From assembly GCA_020060545.1 (NCBI GenBank), contig JAGUZX010000043.1, positions 21,020 to 85,019 on the forward strand: a DNA stretch of 64,000 nt, read 5' to 3'. Source of the stretch: Desulfovibrio sp. Lineage in GTDB: Bacteria; Bacillota; Dethiobacteria; DTU022. The position numbers were made by a program, and so were the translations under genes. Below are positions 1 through 9,880 of this stretch, in pieces (positions within the stretch are counted from its first letter, which is position 1; each line of letters starts with the position of its first letter). Under the pieces are notes generated by a model. It did no database searches. It saw nothing but the letters and a program-made list of their open reading frames with translations, and was not told the origin of the DNA.

Positions 1-2607
1 CGTACCGTCTTTCTTGACTTTTTTACTGGAAAGGGCCACCTGGTAATGCCGAGTTTTCCGCTCATCCCCCAGAACGACCCGACCCTGCTTTTAATCGGAG
101 CGGGGATGGCGCCCCTCAAACCTTTTTTTACCGGGGAGAAAAAACCGCCGCATACGCGCATCGCCACCTGCCAGAAGTGCGTGCGCACTCCCGACATAGA
201 CCGGGTGGGCCTGACGGGCCGCCATGCCACTTTTTTTGAAATGCTGGGCAATTTTTCTTTCGGTGATTATTTCAAGGAAGAGGCCATCGCCTGGGCCTGG
301 GAGCTGGTGCTGGAAGGTTACCGCCTCCCCCGGGAGAAGCTGTGGGTCAGCATATACGAGGAAGACGAGGAAGCCTTCACGATCTGGCACCGCCGGATCG
401 GTTTGCCTCCGGACCGGATCGTGCGGCTCGGTAAGAAAGATAATTTTTGGGAAATCGGCCTCGGCCCCTGCGGCCCCTGCTCCGAGATATACTATGACCT
501 GGGTCTGGAAGCGGGATGCGGGCGGGAGCAATGCGCCGTGGGCTGCGATTGCGACCGCTACCTGGAGATTTGGAATCTGGTTTTTACCCAATACAACCGC
601 GAACCCTCGGGTGAACTGACCGTCCTTAAACAGCAGAACATCGACACCGGGGCGGGGCTGGAGCGGCTGGCCATGGCGCTGCAGAATGTACCGTCTTTTT
701 ACGAGACCGACCTGATCCGTCCGGTTTACGAATATTTTGCCTCCCTTTCCGGAACAAGTGATAGGGGCGATAAACTCCCCTTGCGCATTATCACCGAGCA
801 CAGCCGCGGGATCACTTTCCTGGTGGCGGACGGAGTCGTCCCGGCCAACGAGGGCCGGGGGTATGTTCTGCGCCGCCTGCTGCGCCGGGCGTCCCGCTAC
901 GGCCGCCTCCTGGGTATTGAGGGAGGCTTCCTGGCCGGGGCGGTACCGCTGATCGGCACATTGATGGGTAGCACTTACCGCGAGTTAAAAGAACGGCAGG
1001 ATTACATCATGCAGGTGATTAAAACCGAGGAAAACCGTTTCCAGGAAACCCTCTCCCAGGGCATGGAAATCCTGGAGGGGTATATCGCGGCGCTGCGGGA
1101 GCAGGAGCGCCAGGCGCTTCCAGGCAACCTGGCCTTCAAGCTTTACGATACCTACGGTTTTCCCCTGGACTTGACGGAAGAAATCCTGGCCGAACAGGGT
1201 TTTACGATCGACAAGGAAGCATTTTCACAGAACCTGAACGAACAGCAAGCCCGGGCCCGGGCCGCCCGCCCCGCCTTCGAGCAGGCCGGGCGATCCGCCT
1301 ATGAAGCCGCCGAAAACCTGGAAACGATCTTTACCGGCTACGAAACGCTGCAGGAAGAGTCGCGCCTGATGCTGCTGCTGGTAGGCGGAGAACCCCGCTC
1401 TACAGCCGGTGAAGGGGAAGAGGTTGAGCTTTTTCTCGACCGCACCCCGTTTTACGCCGAGGCGGGAGGCCAGACCGGCGATACGGGGGTGGTTTTTACC
1501 GGCCGGGGGCGGGCCACCGTGCAAAACACCGTTTTCACACCCCGGGGGCGGATCGTACACCAGGCGCGAGTGGAAAGCGGCACCCTCTCCGTTGGCGAGC
1601 CGGTGAGTGCCCGGGTCGAGGAGGGCCGCCGCCGGGGGGTCTGCCGCAGCCATACCGCCACCCATCTCCTGCATCGCGCCTTGAAAGATAAACTGGGCGG
1701 TCAGGTCAACCAGGCCGGATCGCTGGTTACCGCGGACCGGCTGCGCTTTGATTTTACCCACTTTTCCGGGCTGACGCAGGACGAACTGCGGGAGGTCGAA
1801 GAAAAGATCAACCGGCGGGTCCTGCAAAACATGCCTGTCAACGCAGCCGCCACCACCCTGGAGGAGGCGCAGCGGATGGGCGCGACGGCACTGTTCATGG
1901 AAAAGTACGACCGTGAATTGGTCCGGGTGGTGAGCGCAGGCGATTACAGCAGGGAACTGTGCGGCGGCACCCATGTGGCCGCCACCGGTGAGATCGGCTT
2001 GGTCCGCCTGATCTCGGAGGAAGGAATCGGTTCAGGGTTGCGCCGGATCGAAGCGCTGACCGGCATGGAGGCATACCGTTATTCCGCCGCGGAGAGCGCC
2101 AGGCTAGCGCAGATGGCCAAGACTTTGCACACCGGCGCCAATCACCTGGAGCGAAGGGTGGAAGAGGTGCTGGAAGAAAACCGGCTTTTGCAGAAGGCCA
2201 ACCAGGAGTTAAAACAGCAGCTGGCCGGATTTGCCGTCAAGGAGCTGCTGGAACGGGTAAGAGATGTGGAGGGGGTTAAAGTGCTCAGCGCCGTGGTTTC
2301 AGCCGAAAGCCTGGAAACGCTGCGCTTGATGATCGACCAGGTCAAAAGCAACCTGTCTTCGGTGGTAGTAGTGCTGGGCGCGGTCAGCGACGGAAAAGTA
2401 ATCCTTGCCGGGGCCGTCAGCGGCGATTTAATCAAACAGGGCTTGAAGGCTAATAATATTATTACCACCGTAGCCAGGCAGGTTGGCGGGGGCGGGGGGG
2501 GGAGGCCGGAGCTGGCCCAGGCGGGCGGTAAAAACCCGGCCGGGCTCCCGGCTGCACTCCAGGCTGTTGAAGAGCTGGTCAGGCGGCAGGTAGCCGCCGG
2601 CCGGTGA
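1..2607 (+). CDS. alaS: Alanyl-tRNA synthetase, 5' end truncated by window start
   Basis: Reading frame is open from nt 1. [10 protein letters not shown]...[21 protein letters not shown] matches the AlaRS N-terminal region. Editing-domain HxxxH (HTATHLLH) and the C-terminal DHHA1-like region are present. 853+ aa. Confidence 0.95.
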   Translation, partial: RTVFLDFFTGKGHLVMPSFPLIPQNDPTLLLIGAGMAPLKPFFTGEKKPPHTRIATCQKCVRTPDIDRVGLTGRHATFFEMLGNFSFGDYFKEEAIAWAWELVLEGYRLPREKLWVSIYEEDEEAFTIWHRRIGLPPDRIVRLGKKDNFWEIGLGPCGPCSEIYYDLGLEAGCGREQCAVGCDCDRYLEIWNLVFTQYNREPSGELTVLKQQNIDTGAGLERLAMALQNVPSFYETDLIRPVYEYFASLSGTSDRGDKLPLRIITEHSRGITFLVADGVVPANEGRGYVLRRLLRRASRYGRLLGIEGGFLAGAVPLIGTLMGSTYRELKERQDYIMQVIKTEENRFQETLSQGMEILEGYIAALREQERQALPGNLAFKLYDTYGFPLDLTEEILAEQGFTIDKEAFSQNLNEQQARARAARPAFEQAGRSAYEAAENLETIFTGYETLQEESRLMLLLVGGEPRSTAGEGEEVELFLDRTPFYAEAGGQTGDTGVVFTGRGRATVQNTVFTPRGRIVHQARVESGTLSVGEPVSARVEEGRRRGVCRSHTATHLLHRALKDKLGGQVNQAGSLVTADRLRFDFTHFSGLTQDELREVEEKINRRVLQNMPVNAAATTLEEAQRMGATALFMEKYDRELVRVVSAGDYSRELCGGTHVAATGEIGLVRLISEEGIGSGLRRIEALTGMEAYRYSAAESARLAQMAKTLHTGANHLERRVEEVLEENRLLQKANQELKQQLAGFAVKELLERVRDVEGVKVLSAVVSAESLETLRLMIDQVKSNLSSVVVVLGAVSDGKVILAGAVSGDLIKQGLKANNIITTVARQVGGGGGGRPELAQAGGKNPAGLPAALQAVEELVRRQVAAGR

Positions 2608-2636
2608 AAAATTACCCAAACCGGGAGGCAAATAGC

Positions 2637-2909
2637 ATGGAAGAGCAATCCGAGAACACCGTTCTTTTTAAAGTAAGCGCGGATGAAGAAAACAAGGCCA
2701 AAAAAATACTGCTTGAGGTTTACAGGGCTTTAAAAGAGAAGGGGTATAATCCGCTGCATCAGCTGGTCGGCTACCTGCTCTCCGGGGATCCGGCCTATGT
2801 TACCAGCCACTTGAATGCACGCAGTTTAATCAGGCAGGTTGAACGGGATGAATTGCTGGAAGAACTGGTAGGAAGTTACCTGCAGAAAGCGGAGGCCGGT
2901 GAAGAATAA
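2637..2909 (+). CDS. IreB/YrzL family protein (UPF0297)
   Basis: ATG at 2637 lies 8 nt after GGGAGG. ~90 aa protein in the conserved Firmicute context between alaS and yqgF. The [10 protein letters not shown] motif is typical of UPF0297. Confidence 0.8.
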   Translation: MEEQSENTVLFKVSADEENKAKKILLEVYRALKEKGYNPLHQLVGYLLSGDPAYVTSHLNARSLIRQVERDELLEELVGSYLQKAEAGEE

Positions 2910-2947
2910 AGAAAATCGGGAGATAGAGCCGCGGAAGGAGCCGTTAC

Positions 2948-3367
2948 TTGCGGATATTGGGTTTGGACCTGGGCCAAAAAAGAATTGGAGTGGCGCTGTC
3001 CGATCCCCTGGGCTTGACCGCTCAGGGGCTTGCTGTAATTTCCTATAACCGGGACGAAGAGGCCCTGGAAAGGATCGCCGCTCTCTGCCGTGAATATGCG
3101 GTGGAACAAATTGTGGCCGGCCTGCCGCTCAATATGAACGGCTCGAGGGGCCCCGCGGTTCGTGAAGTGGAGCGCTTTGCTGCTTTGCTGAAGAAGCGGA
3201 CCGGCCTGCCGCTTACTTTAATCGACGAACGGTTGACTTCACAGGCCGCCGAAAGGGCTTTAATCGAGGGGAAGATGCGCCGGCAGAAACGAAAGGCGGT
3301 TAGAAACAGGCTTGCAGCCGTTTTAATCCTGCAGTCTTACCTGGCCGCTTTGCCCAAGACGGAGTAG
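2948..3367 (+). CDS. ruvX: Holliday-junction resolvase-like pre-16S rRNA nuclease RuvX/YqgF
   Basis: TTG start 8 nt after GGAAGGAG. N-terminal LGLDLGQKRIGVALSD is the RNase H-like YqgF signature. 139 aa. Confidence 0.9.
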   Translation: MRILGLDLGQKRIGVALSDPLGLTAQGLAVISYNRDEEALERIAALCREYAVEQIVAGLPLNMNGSRGPAVREVERFAALLKKRTGLPLTLIDERLTSQAAERALIEGKMRRQKRKAVRNRLAAVLILQSYLAALPKTE

Positions 3368-3439
3368 ATCGCTTGCTCCGGGAATAACCCAACCGCTGGA
3401 CGGGTAGATTCAACATTAACGGGAAAAGAGGTGTTAGAT

Positions 3440-3766
3440 ATGACTAAGAACGGTGAAGAAAGAACTGACCTGGTAACCCTGGTCGATGAGGAAGGCAACG
3501 AACATGAATTTGCCGTGGTCGATATTTTTCCGGTTAAATTAAAGCAATACGCGATCCTGGTCCCGGTCAGTTATGACGAGGAAGAGGAAGAAGAAGATCT
3601 TGATTTGGCCGACGACGCCTATATCTTCCGGATCGATCTCAACGAGGAAAGCGGGGAGGAAACGCTGGTCGAAGTAGAGGATGAAGCGGAATGGAACGAA
3701 GTCGCCGCCGAATGGGAAAGCCGGATCCAGGTTCTTGAAGAAGAAGACGAGAAAGAAATATTCTAA
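3440..3766 (+). CDS. DUF1292 family protein (YrzB-like), acidic
   Basis: ATG 7 nt after AAGAGGTG. Conserved position after yqgF. Acidic C-terminus, ~108 aa. Confidence 0.75.
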   Translation: MTKNGEERTDLVTLVDEEGNEHEFAVVDIFPVKLKQYAILVPVSYDEEEEEEDLDLADDAYIFRIDLNEESGEETLVEVEDEAEWNEVAAEWESRIQVLEEEDEKEIF

Positions 3767-3829
3767 TTGCAGGCAAAACGTTTAACGGGCAGGTGATCCT
3801 TTGGTCCTGCCCATGTTGCTTAATTAAGC

Positions 3830-4936
3830 GTGATACTATATAATCCAGGGGAGAACGGGGGTGCGCCGGTGCTGCCGAAGCGAGCTGTAACGGTATGGGG
3901 GGCTTTGCTGGCAGTCCTGCTTTTTTGTACGGCTGGACTGGCGATCAGTTTAAACAGGTTGCTGCTGCCGGTTGATTCCGGCGCCGTAGATGAAGCGGTC
4001 ATGGTCGAGATCCCCTCCGGGGCGAGCACTGAAAGGATCGCCCTGATCCTGGCGGAGGAGGGGATTATCCGAAGCGCCCTGGTCTTTCGCCTTTATGCCC
4101 GCTGGACCGGCCAGGATACCAGGTTTATCGCTGGCATCCATCTGCTCAGCCCGTCCATGGGATTAAAGGAGGTGGTTGCCAGGCTTATCAGCGAAGACGT
4201 CTATCGCGAGACCGCCTGGTTTACCATACCGGAAGGGTTTACCGTGGAGCAGATCGCGGATCGCCTTGCCGCGCTGGGATTGGTTGAACGGAAACGCTTC
4301 CTGGAGCTGGCATTGCAACCACCGGATAGCTTTTTTGAGCGGTTTCCGTATATCGGTGAGATCGAAAGAGCGCAGGTAAAATACCTCCTGGAAGGATACC
4401 TGTTCCCCGATACCTATGAAATAGCGTCCGGTGCGGCGGAAGAGGAGATCATGGCGATTATGCTCGCCCGCATGGAGTTTGTGTATAAAGACGCGGCAGC
4501 GGATAGCGGCCGCCATCCGGCGATGACCATGCACCAGGTCCTTACCCTGGCCGCCATCGTAGAAAAAGAAGCGGGCGTAGTGCAGGACCAGCGGCTAATC
4601 GCCGGCATCTTTTTTAACAGGCTGGCCGTAAACCATGCCCTTGACTCCTGCGCTACCGTCAACTATGTCCTGGGGGAAGCAAAAGAGGTTCTTTCAGGGC
4701 TGGATACGAAGATAGAGTCGCCATATAATACTTATAAATACCCGGGGTTGCCTCCCGGGCCGATCGGCGCTCCCGGCGCAAGCGCGATCCGGGCGGTTTT
4801 TAACCCCGAAGAAACCGACTATTTCTACTTTAACTCCAAGAGAGACGGCTCGGGTGAAAGTTACTTTTCCCGTACTTTGGAGGAACACAACCTTAATACT
4901 CTCCGGGCCGAAGAAAACAGCAGAAAGAGAGGTTAA
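3830..4936 (+). CDS. mltG: Endolytic murein transglycosylase MltG (YceG-like)
   Basis: N-terminal TM helix and YceG-domain motifs (…DTYE…, …YNTYKYPGLPPGPI…). A GTG at 3872 is an alternative start. Confidence 0.88.
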   Translation: MILYNPGENGGAPVLPKRAVTVWGALLAVLLFCTAGLAISLNRLLLPVDSGAVDEAVMVEIPSGASTERIALILAEEGIIRSALVFRLYARWTGQDTRFIAGIHLLSPSMGLKEVVARLISEDVYRETAWFTIPEGFTVEQIADRLAALGLVERKRFLELALQPPDSFFERFPYIGEIERAQVKYLLEGYLFPDTYEIASGAAEEEIMAIMLARMEFVYKDAAADSGRHPAMTMHQVLTLAAIVEKEAGVVQDQRLIAGIFFNRLAVNHALDSCATVNYVLGEAKEVLSGLDTKIESPYNTYKYPGLPPGPIGAPGASAIRAVFNPEETDYFYFNSKRDGSGESYFSRTLEEHNLNTLRAEENSRKRG

Positions 4937-4985
4937 CCGGTTCGTTTGTGGATTTTTAAACCGATCTGTTTTTGTTCGTAATTCA

Positions 4986-5012
4986 AGTGGGGACACTCCC
5001 ACTTTTTATTTT
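4986..5012 (+). terminator. Rho-independent terminator after mltG
   Basis: AGTGGG-gacact-CCCACT hairpin followed by TTTTTATTTT. Confidence 0.6.
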
Positions 5013-5232
5013 CCATCATCGATGAGAAGGCATTGCCAATGGCGGATTTTTGATTAAAGAGCAGGAATATCTAACTTTTTGTCCAATTTTTACTTTATAC
5101 AGCTTGTATACTGACCGCGGCAGGGTGGGTTTTGCGCACCGGGCGGCCGTCCTGCAGGCGGGTGCGGTTTTCGGCTTAACAGCGGCCCTTTTTTGGATCA
5201 TGGATCATGGATTATGGAGATGAACACGGTTC

Positions 5233-6465
5233 ATGGAGTCTGAAGCTGCCGATACCATCGAAACAAACCGCGGGCAGGTGGAGATATTTACCTTTGGCCG
5301 GTTTTTAATCAGGCGCAACGCCAAAAACCTGCCGGAAGGGCAAAGCCGTTCCAAAAAAGTTTGGGCGCTTTTTCAATATTTACTGGCGCAGCGCGGTAAA
5401 GCCATTTCTCCGGAAACGATCTTGGAAGCTTTATGGCCGGGACAAAACTATACGGATCCCAATTTGGCGCTGCGTTCTTTAGTCCATCGCCTGCGCCGGC
5501 TTCTCGCGGAAGGTCTTGATGAACCTGAACTTGCCCTGAACATTGTATTTTCTCAGGGAGGCTATAAATGGGACAGTAAAGTCGACTGCTGGCTCGATAC
5601 TGATGAGTTTGACCGGTTATGCCGGGAAGCTTATTTATGGAGCGATGAACAGCCCGCGCGCGCTATCGATACTTACCAAAAAGCGATCGCTTTATATGAA
5701 GGGCCTTTCCTCCCGGAGTGCTCCTACCATGAATGGGCTATCGCCAGGCAGAACTATTATCACCGTGCTTTTTTGGATAGTGTTTACAGGCTGGCGGAGC
5801 TTTTAAAGAGAGCGCACCGCTTTTCCGAAATAATCGAGGTTTGCCAAAAAGCCTTAAACCTGGAATATTTTGAAGAAGAGTTGCATATTCTTTTTCTTGA
5901 GGCGTTACTGGAAGAAGGGAAAATTAAGCAGGCCAGGGCGCATTACGACGAGGTTACTTCTACTTTTTACAGGGAACTCGGCACCAAGCCCTCGGAGGCG
6001 ATGCGGAATATTTACCGCCTGATCAAGATGGACAAGGACAACTTTGACCTGGATTTGACATATATCCAGGAGGGATTACGGTGCCGGCAGGAAAACCGGG
6101 GGGCTTTACTGTGCGACCCGGATGTCTTTCGTTATTTCTATAAACTGGAACGCTCCAGGAGAGAAAGAACGGGCCAGGCGGTATTCCTGGGCCTGCTGAC
6201 GATAACGCTGCCCGATTACCGGTTGCCCGCGCCTCAAATTTTGAAGGAAGCGATGCTTCACTTGGAAGCGGTTTTGGAAAAAACACTGCGCAAAGGGGAT
6301 GTCATATCCCGCTGGAATGAAGCGCAATTTTTGTTGATCCTGCCCGGTTTGAACCTGGAACAGGCCGAGCGGGTACTGAAGCGGGTCAATGCCGCGTTCA
6401 AGAGCCGTTACAATCTTGGCAGCCTGGTGCTGCATCGCAAGCAGCAGCCTCTGCTGCCTTTATAA
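5233..6465 (+). CDS. SARP/BTAD-type transcriptional regulator with C-terminal degenerate GGDEF domain (putative c-di-GMP effector)
   Basis: N-terminal OmpR/PhoB-type winged helix (VEIFTFGRFLIRRN…LRSLVHRLRRLL), a central TPR-like BTAD domain and a C-terminal GGDEF-like domain. The active site is degenerate (NEAQF instead of GG[DE]EF). An RxxD I-site (RKGD) sits 5 residues upstream. Confidence 0.8.
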   Translation: MESEAADTIETNRGQVEIFTFGRFLIRRNAKNLPEGQSRSKKVWALFQYLLAQRGKAISPETILEALWPGQNYTDPNLALRSLVHRLRRLLAEGLDEPELALNIVFSQGGYKWDSKVDCWLDTDEFDRLCREAYLWSDEQPARAIDTYQKAIALYEGPFLPECSYHEWAIARQNYYHRAFLDSVYRLAELLKRAHRFSEIIEVCQKALNLEYFEEELHILFLEALLEEGKIKQARAHYDEVTSTFYRELGTKPSEAMRNIYRLIKMDKDNFDLDLTYIQEGLRCRQENRGALLCDPDVFRYFYKLERSRRERTGQAVFLGLLTITLPDYRLPAPQILKEAMLHLEAVLEKTLRKGDVISRWNEAQFLLILPGLNLEQAERVLKRVNAAFKSRYNLGSLVLHRKQQPLLPL

Positions 6466-6502
6466 ACACCAAATCACTGGGCCGGACATCTCATAATGCA
6501 CC

Positions 6503-6536
6503 AACCGCGGTTAAGTCGCAAGAGCGCGGTTTTTTG
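6503..6536 (+). terminator. Putative terminator after regulator gene
   Basis: CCGCG...CGCGG stem followed by TTTTTTG. The loop is long, so confidence is low. Confidence 0.35.
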
Positions 6537-6659
6537 TTACAGGGACCGGAAAAAATAAATTGCGATTGGGTCAATGATGTTGTTGCAACTGAAATATAAC
6601 TGGCGCGTGTTAGTTTAAGATCACAGTTGTTGTAGAATTTAGTGAGGAGCCGCAGTATT

Positions 6660-6902
6660 ATGGCTGAGAACCCAAAAAATGCCTGGTCCCGCCGCAACAG
6701 TTCGGCCGATTTTGTGATCCGGTTTTATCCCGGCGGGGCTGCAAATTACCGGGGGAAAATTGAACACGTGCAATCGGGGCAAGTCCAGCAGTTTTGTGAT
6801 TTTACGGAAATGATGCTCCTGATCCAGGAAAAACTCGATCAAACGGGTTTTCCTCAATCGGATACCGAAATGCGTTCCTGGCCCGATAGTCCATCGAAGT
6901 GA
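6660..6902 (+). CDS. Small hypothetical protein, paralog 1 of a tandem pair (~80 aa)
   Basis: ATG 10 nt after GAGGAG. Shares FxIRF…Y/W-xG-xI…F…E(M/L)(M/I)(L/M)L…E(K/A)L…SW(P/D)D with the downstream ORF. Confidence 0.6.
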   Translation: MAENPKNAWSRRNSSADFVIRFYPGGAANYRGKIEHVQSGQVQQFCDFTEMMLLIQEKLDQTGFPQSDTEMRSWPDSPSK

Positions 6903-6916
6903 TAAAGGAAAAAAAG

Positions 6917-7056
6917 ATGATGTTTCAAAACGCTACGGGGAACAGTAAAGGATCGGATGGAAGCGCCGCCTTTTATGTGCGGATTCATTTCCGCCAAAAT
7001 GCCAGCTGGCAGGGGACAATCCAGTGGTTGGACGAAAAAAAGACGGTTTCTTTCCG
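6917..7056 (+). pseudogene. 5' part of small-protein paralog 2, interrupted by IS insertion
   Basis: The ORF runs into the IS left end and terminates inside the IS (…SFRRADA*). The original frame resumes after the right target-site duplication. Confidence 0.7.
7048..7056. repeat. Target-site duplication TTCTTTCCG (left copy)
   Basis: A 9-bp direct repeat that abuts the IS left terminal inverted repeat. An identical copy lies at 9872-9880. Confidence 0.8.
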
Positions 7057-7200
7057 CAGAGCTGACGCATGATCATAAACATCCATGCAGGGCGGGGGCT
7101 TGCGGGACCGGCGGAAAAAATTTTATCGCAAAATAGTACTGGACAATTTTAAACAGGTATGAAACAATAGTGTGGGAAACCATGGAAGGGGGCCTACACT

Positions 7201-8100
7201 ATGGCAAAACAGTACGATACGCCAGTCCTGCTATGCGGAAGATATTTTACCTTACAGGAGTTGCTGGAGATCCGGGAAACGGCGCGCATGTTCCCGAAAC
7301 TGAGCCGCGCTGAGCTGGCGAATACACTCTGTGAGAACTTGGATTGGGTAACGCCGACCGGTAAGTACAAGACAGCCTCATGTCTACAGCTTTTAGAAAA
7401 ACTTGAAGGGCAAGGCTTGATTGACCTGCCGGCTAAGCTGGAGTACAAGAGCGGCGATAAAAATGGGATCGGCTTTGGGCCGCAGACGGCGCCTGCTTCG
7501 CTGCTTGAAGGCCGGGTAGCCGACCTTGAGCCCATCGCCCTTGAGCCGGTGAGAGACCGAAGTGAACTTCGGCTCTGGAACGAGTATGTGCATCGCTACC
7601 ATGAGTTGGGCTACAAGCGGCCCTTTGGGGCCCATCAGCGCTACTTCATCGTTTCTGCTGCCGGGTCTTTAGGATGCCTTCTGTTTGCTGCTGCCGCCTG
7701 GGCGCTTCAAGCCCGCGACGAGTGGATTGGGTGGAGCGAAGTTGACCGCAGCCTGCGCCTGAACTTAATTGTAAACAACACCCGCCTGCTGATCTTTCCC
7801 TGGGTTAGGGTAAAAAACCTGGCCAGTAAAACCTTATCCCTGGCGGCAAAACGCATCAGTTCTGACTGGCAGGAGCGCTACGGTTACAGCCCGGTATTAC
7901 TGGAGACCTTTGTCGACCCGGAGAAACACCGGGGCACCTGTTACCGGGCGGCCAACTGGATCTTTTTAGGCCAAACCAAAGGGCGCGGCCGCACAGAAAT
8001 GCATAACAAAAGGCCCTTTACGCGCAAATATATTTATGTTTACCCGCTTTGTTGTGACTTCCGCTTTATTCTTTGCGGGAAAGGCGGGGATGTCAGGTGA
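7201..8100 (+). CDS. IS-associated accessory protein (DUF4338-like), orfA of the IS
   Basis: 299 aa. Its stop overlaps the transposase start (GTGA). This family is recurrently found next to DDE transposases. Confidence 0.6.
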   Translation: MAKQYDTPVLLCGRYFTLQELLEIRETARMFPKLSRAELANTLCENLDWVTPTGKYKTASCLQLLEKLEGQGLIDLPAKLEYKSGDKNGIGFGPQTAPASLLEGRVADLEPIALEPVRDRSELRLWNEYVHRYHELGYKRPFGAHQRYFIVSAAGSLGCLLFAAAAWALQARDEWIGWSEVDRSLRLNLIVNNTRLLIFPWVRVKNLASKTLSLAAKRISSDWQERYGYSPVLLETFVDPEKHRGTCYRAANWIFLGQTKGRGRTEMHNKRPFTRKYIYVYPLCCDFRFILCGKGGDVR

Positions 8101-9659
8101 ATGCATCGTTGCCGAAGGTTGTAAAGCGCCATGAACGCAGACAAAAACAGCGTGAGCAGAAGGAGCGGCAAAAAAGGCAGCCGGCTCAGTATCCTTTTGT
8201 TACTGCGTTTGCGAACCGCAAAAGTGACTGCAAAACAGTAGATGAAGAAAAAGAAGCCATCCAGCACACAACGGAGGCCGTACTTGATGTATACATACAG
8301 CTGCTGCCGGGGCTTTTGAAAAAGCTGTCCCTGATACCCGACCCGCGGAACCCCAAGAAAATTAAGCATCAGATAACTGTGCTGATGATCTACGGGATCC
8401 TGATGTTTGTCTTTCAAATCCCCTCCCGGCGCCAGACAAACCGGGAGATGACCACGCCGCAGCTTCATAAAAACCTTAAAGCCGTCTTCGGCGAACTTAA
8501 GGAGATGCCGCATCAGGATACCCTGTACCGCCTGTTGGCAGAGATAGATGTGGATCAGCTCGAGAACATCTACCTAGACATCCTAAGAAGCTTAATCCGC
8601 AAGAAAAAGTTCAAAAACCTGCTTTTAAGTAAGCGCTATCTCGTGGCAGTGGACGGCACACAAAAATACGTCATGAAAGAATGTTGGGACAAACGTTATC
8701 TTAGGCGAAAATTTCGCGGCAAAGACGGCAAATACCAGTATTATGCATACGTTTTAGAAGCGGTTTTAATCTTTTCAAACGGCATGGTGCTGCCTTTGAT
8801 GAGCGAATTTCTGGAGAACACCAAGGCGCTGGAAAGAATCGAGGACGACTTGGAATGGAAACAAGATTGCGAGTTGAAAGCATTCCACCGGCTGGCCAAA
8901 CGGCTGAAGAAAGAGTTTCCGAAACTGCCGCTCACCCTGCTTTTAGACGGGTTGTATGCGAACGGTCCCGTTATGAAAGTTTGCTTAAAGAATAAGTGGG
9001 ACTATATGATCGTTTTAAAAGACGGCTCCCTTGCCTGCGTTTGGCAGGAAGTCAAAGGACTGATGCGCCTAGATACCAAAGGAGAACACCGCTGTAAAAA
9101 AGTATGGCAGGGCCGTAGGCAAATCTTTAGATGGGTAAACGGCATCGAATATGAATATGGTCTGGGCAGAGGTAAAAAAGTGCTGACCATCAATGTGGTG
9201 ATCTGTAACGAAAGCTGGAAAGAAACCGATAGAAAGGGCAATATGGTGGGAAAAACCGGCCATCACGCCTGGATTTCCAGCGTGCCGCTGAACCACAAAA
9301 ATGTCTATGAACGCTGCAATCTGGCGGCCCGGAAACGCTGGTCGCACGAGAACAATATTCTAAAAGAAAAGCATCATGGTTACCACTATGAACACATCTT
9401 TGCCTATGACTTCGATGCGATGCGGGGTTATCACTACCTTATGCATATAGCCCGCATGTTAAATGAACTGATGCTTCATTCAATTAACCTGATCGAAGAG
9501 GTCAAGACAGTCGGCATCCAGGCATTCCTGCGTAAATTTCGCGAAGTTATGATCCACAGGGAGCTCGATACAAAGCAGCTTCGCCTGTTGTCAGAATCCC
9601 CGGGACAGTTGCGGCTGGTGCAGGAAGAAAACTGGCAAACGAACTGGCCGGCGGCATAA
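8097..9659 (+). CDS. DDE transposase, IS4-like
   Basis: LVAVDGTQ (first Asp) and a C-terminal R-x3-E-x6-K (RKRWSHENNILKEK) resembling the IS4 Y(2)R(3)E(6)K motif. ~520 aa. GTG start is coupled to the upstream ORF. Confidence 0.75.
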   Translation: MNASLPKVVKRHERRQKQREQKERQKRQPAQYPFVTAFANRKSDCKTVDEEKEAIQHTTEAVLDVYIQLLPGLLKKLSLIPDPRNPKKIKHQITVLMIYGILMFVFQIPSRRQTNREMTTPQLHKNLKAVFGELKEMPHQDTLYRLLAEIDVDQLENIYLDILRSLIRKKKFKNLLLSKRYLVAVDGTQKYVMKECWDKRYLRRKFRGKDGKYQYYAYVLEAVLIFSNGMVLPLMSEFLENTKALERIEDDLEWKQDCELKAFHRLAKRLKKEFPKLPLTLLLDGLYANGPVMKVCLKNKWDYMIVLKDGSLACVWQEVKGLMRLDTKGEHRCKKVWQGRRQIFRWVNGIEYEYGLGRGKKVLTINVVICNESWKETDRKGNMVGKTGHHAWISSVPLNHKNVYERCNLAARKRWSHENNILKEKHHGYHYEHIFAYDFDAMRGYHYLMHIARMLNELMLHSINLIEEVKTVGIQAFLRKFREVMIHRELDTKQLRLLSESPGQLRLVQEENWQTNWPAA

Positions 9660-9871
9660 TGGCCAAGTTATAAGGTAGAAGCCCGCCTGAGCCACACTAC
9701 CCGTCTGTCCTTTGGTTGGCACCTGGCAGGCCAAAGTGCGCAAAACGATTCACCAAAAAGCGCTGTTGGGGACTAAACAACAAGTTTCTGGAAATAATCG
9801 TCAGTTGACTTGTGCAAAAAAGCTGATTTCGGGCCTCGCAAGATTTTTAAGAATTTCATGCGTCAGCTCTG

Positions 9872-9880
9872 TTCTTTCCG
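9872..9880. repeat. Target-site duplication TTCTTTCCG (right copy)
   Basis: Identical to 7048-7056. Confidence 0.8.

Larger units (their letters stand above)
7057..9871 (+). mobile_element. Complete two-ORF insertion sequence (IS4-like DDE transposase plus upstream accessory ORF)
   Basis: Perfect 16-bp terminal inverted repeats: CAGAGCTGACGCATGA at 7057-7072 and its reverse complement TCATGCGTCAGCTCTG at 9856-9871. It is flanked by the 9-bp direct repeat TTCTTTCCG and contains two overlapping ORFs. The element is 2815 bp. Confidence 0.85.

Noticed and set aside
91-1974. Several minus-strand ORFs (91..801, 1225..1974 and others)
   Set aside because: Antisense to alaS, whose identity is unambiguous. 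Shadow ORFs.
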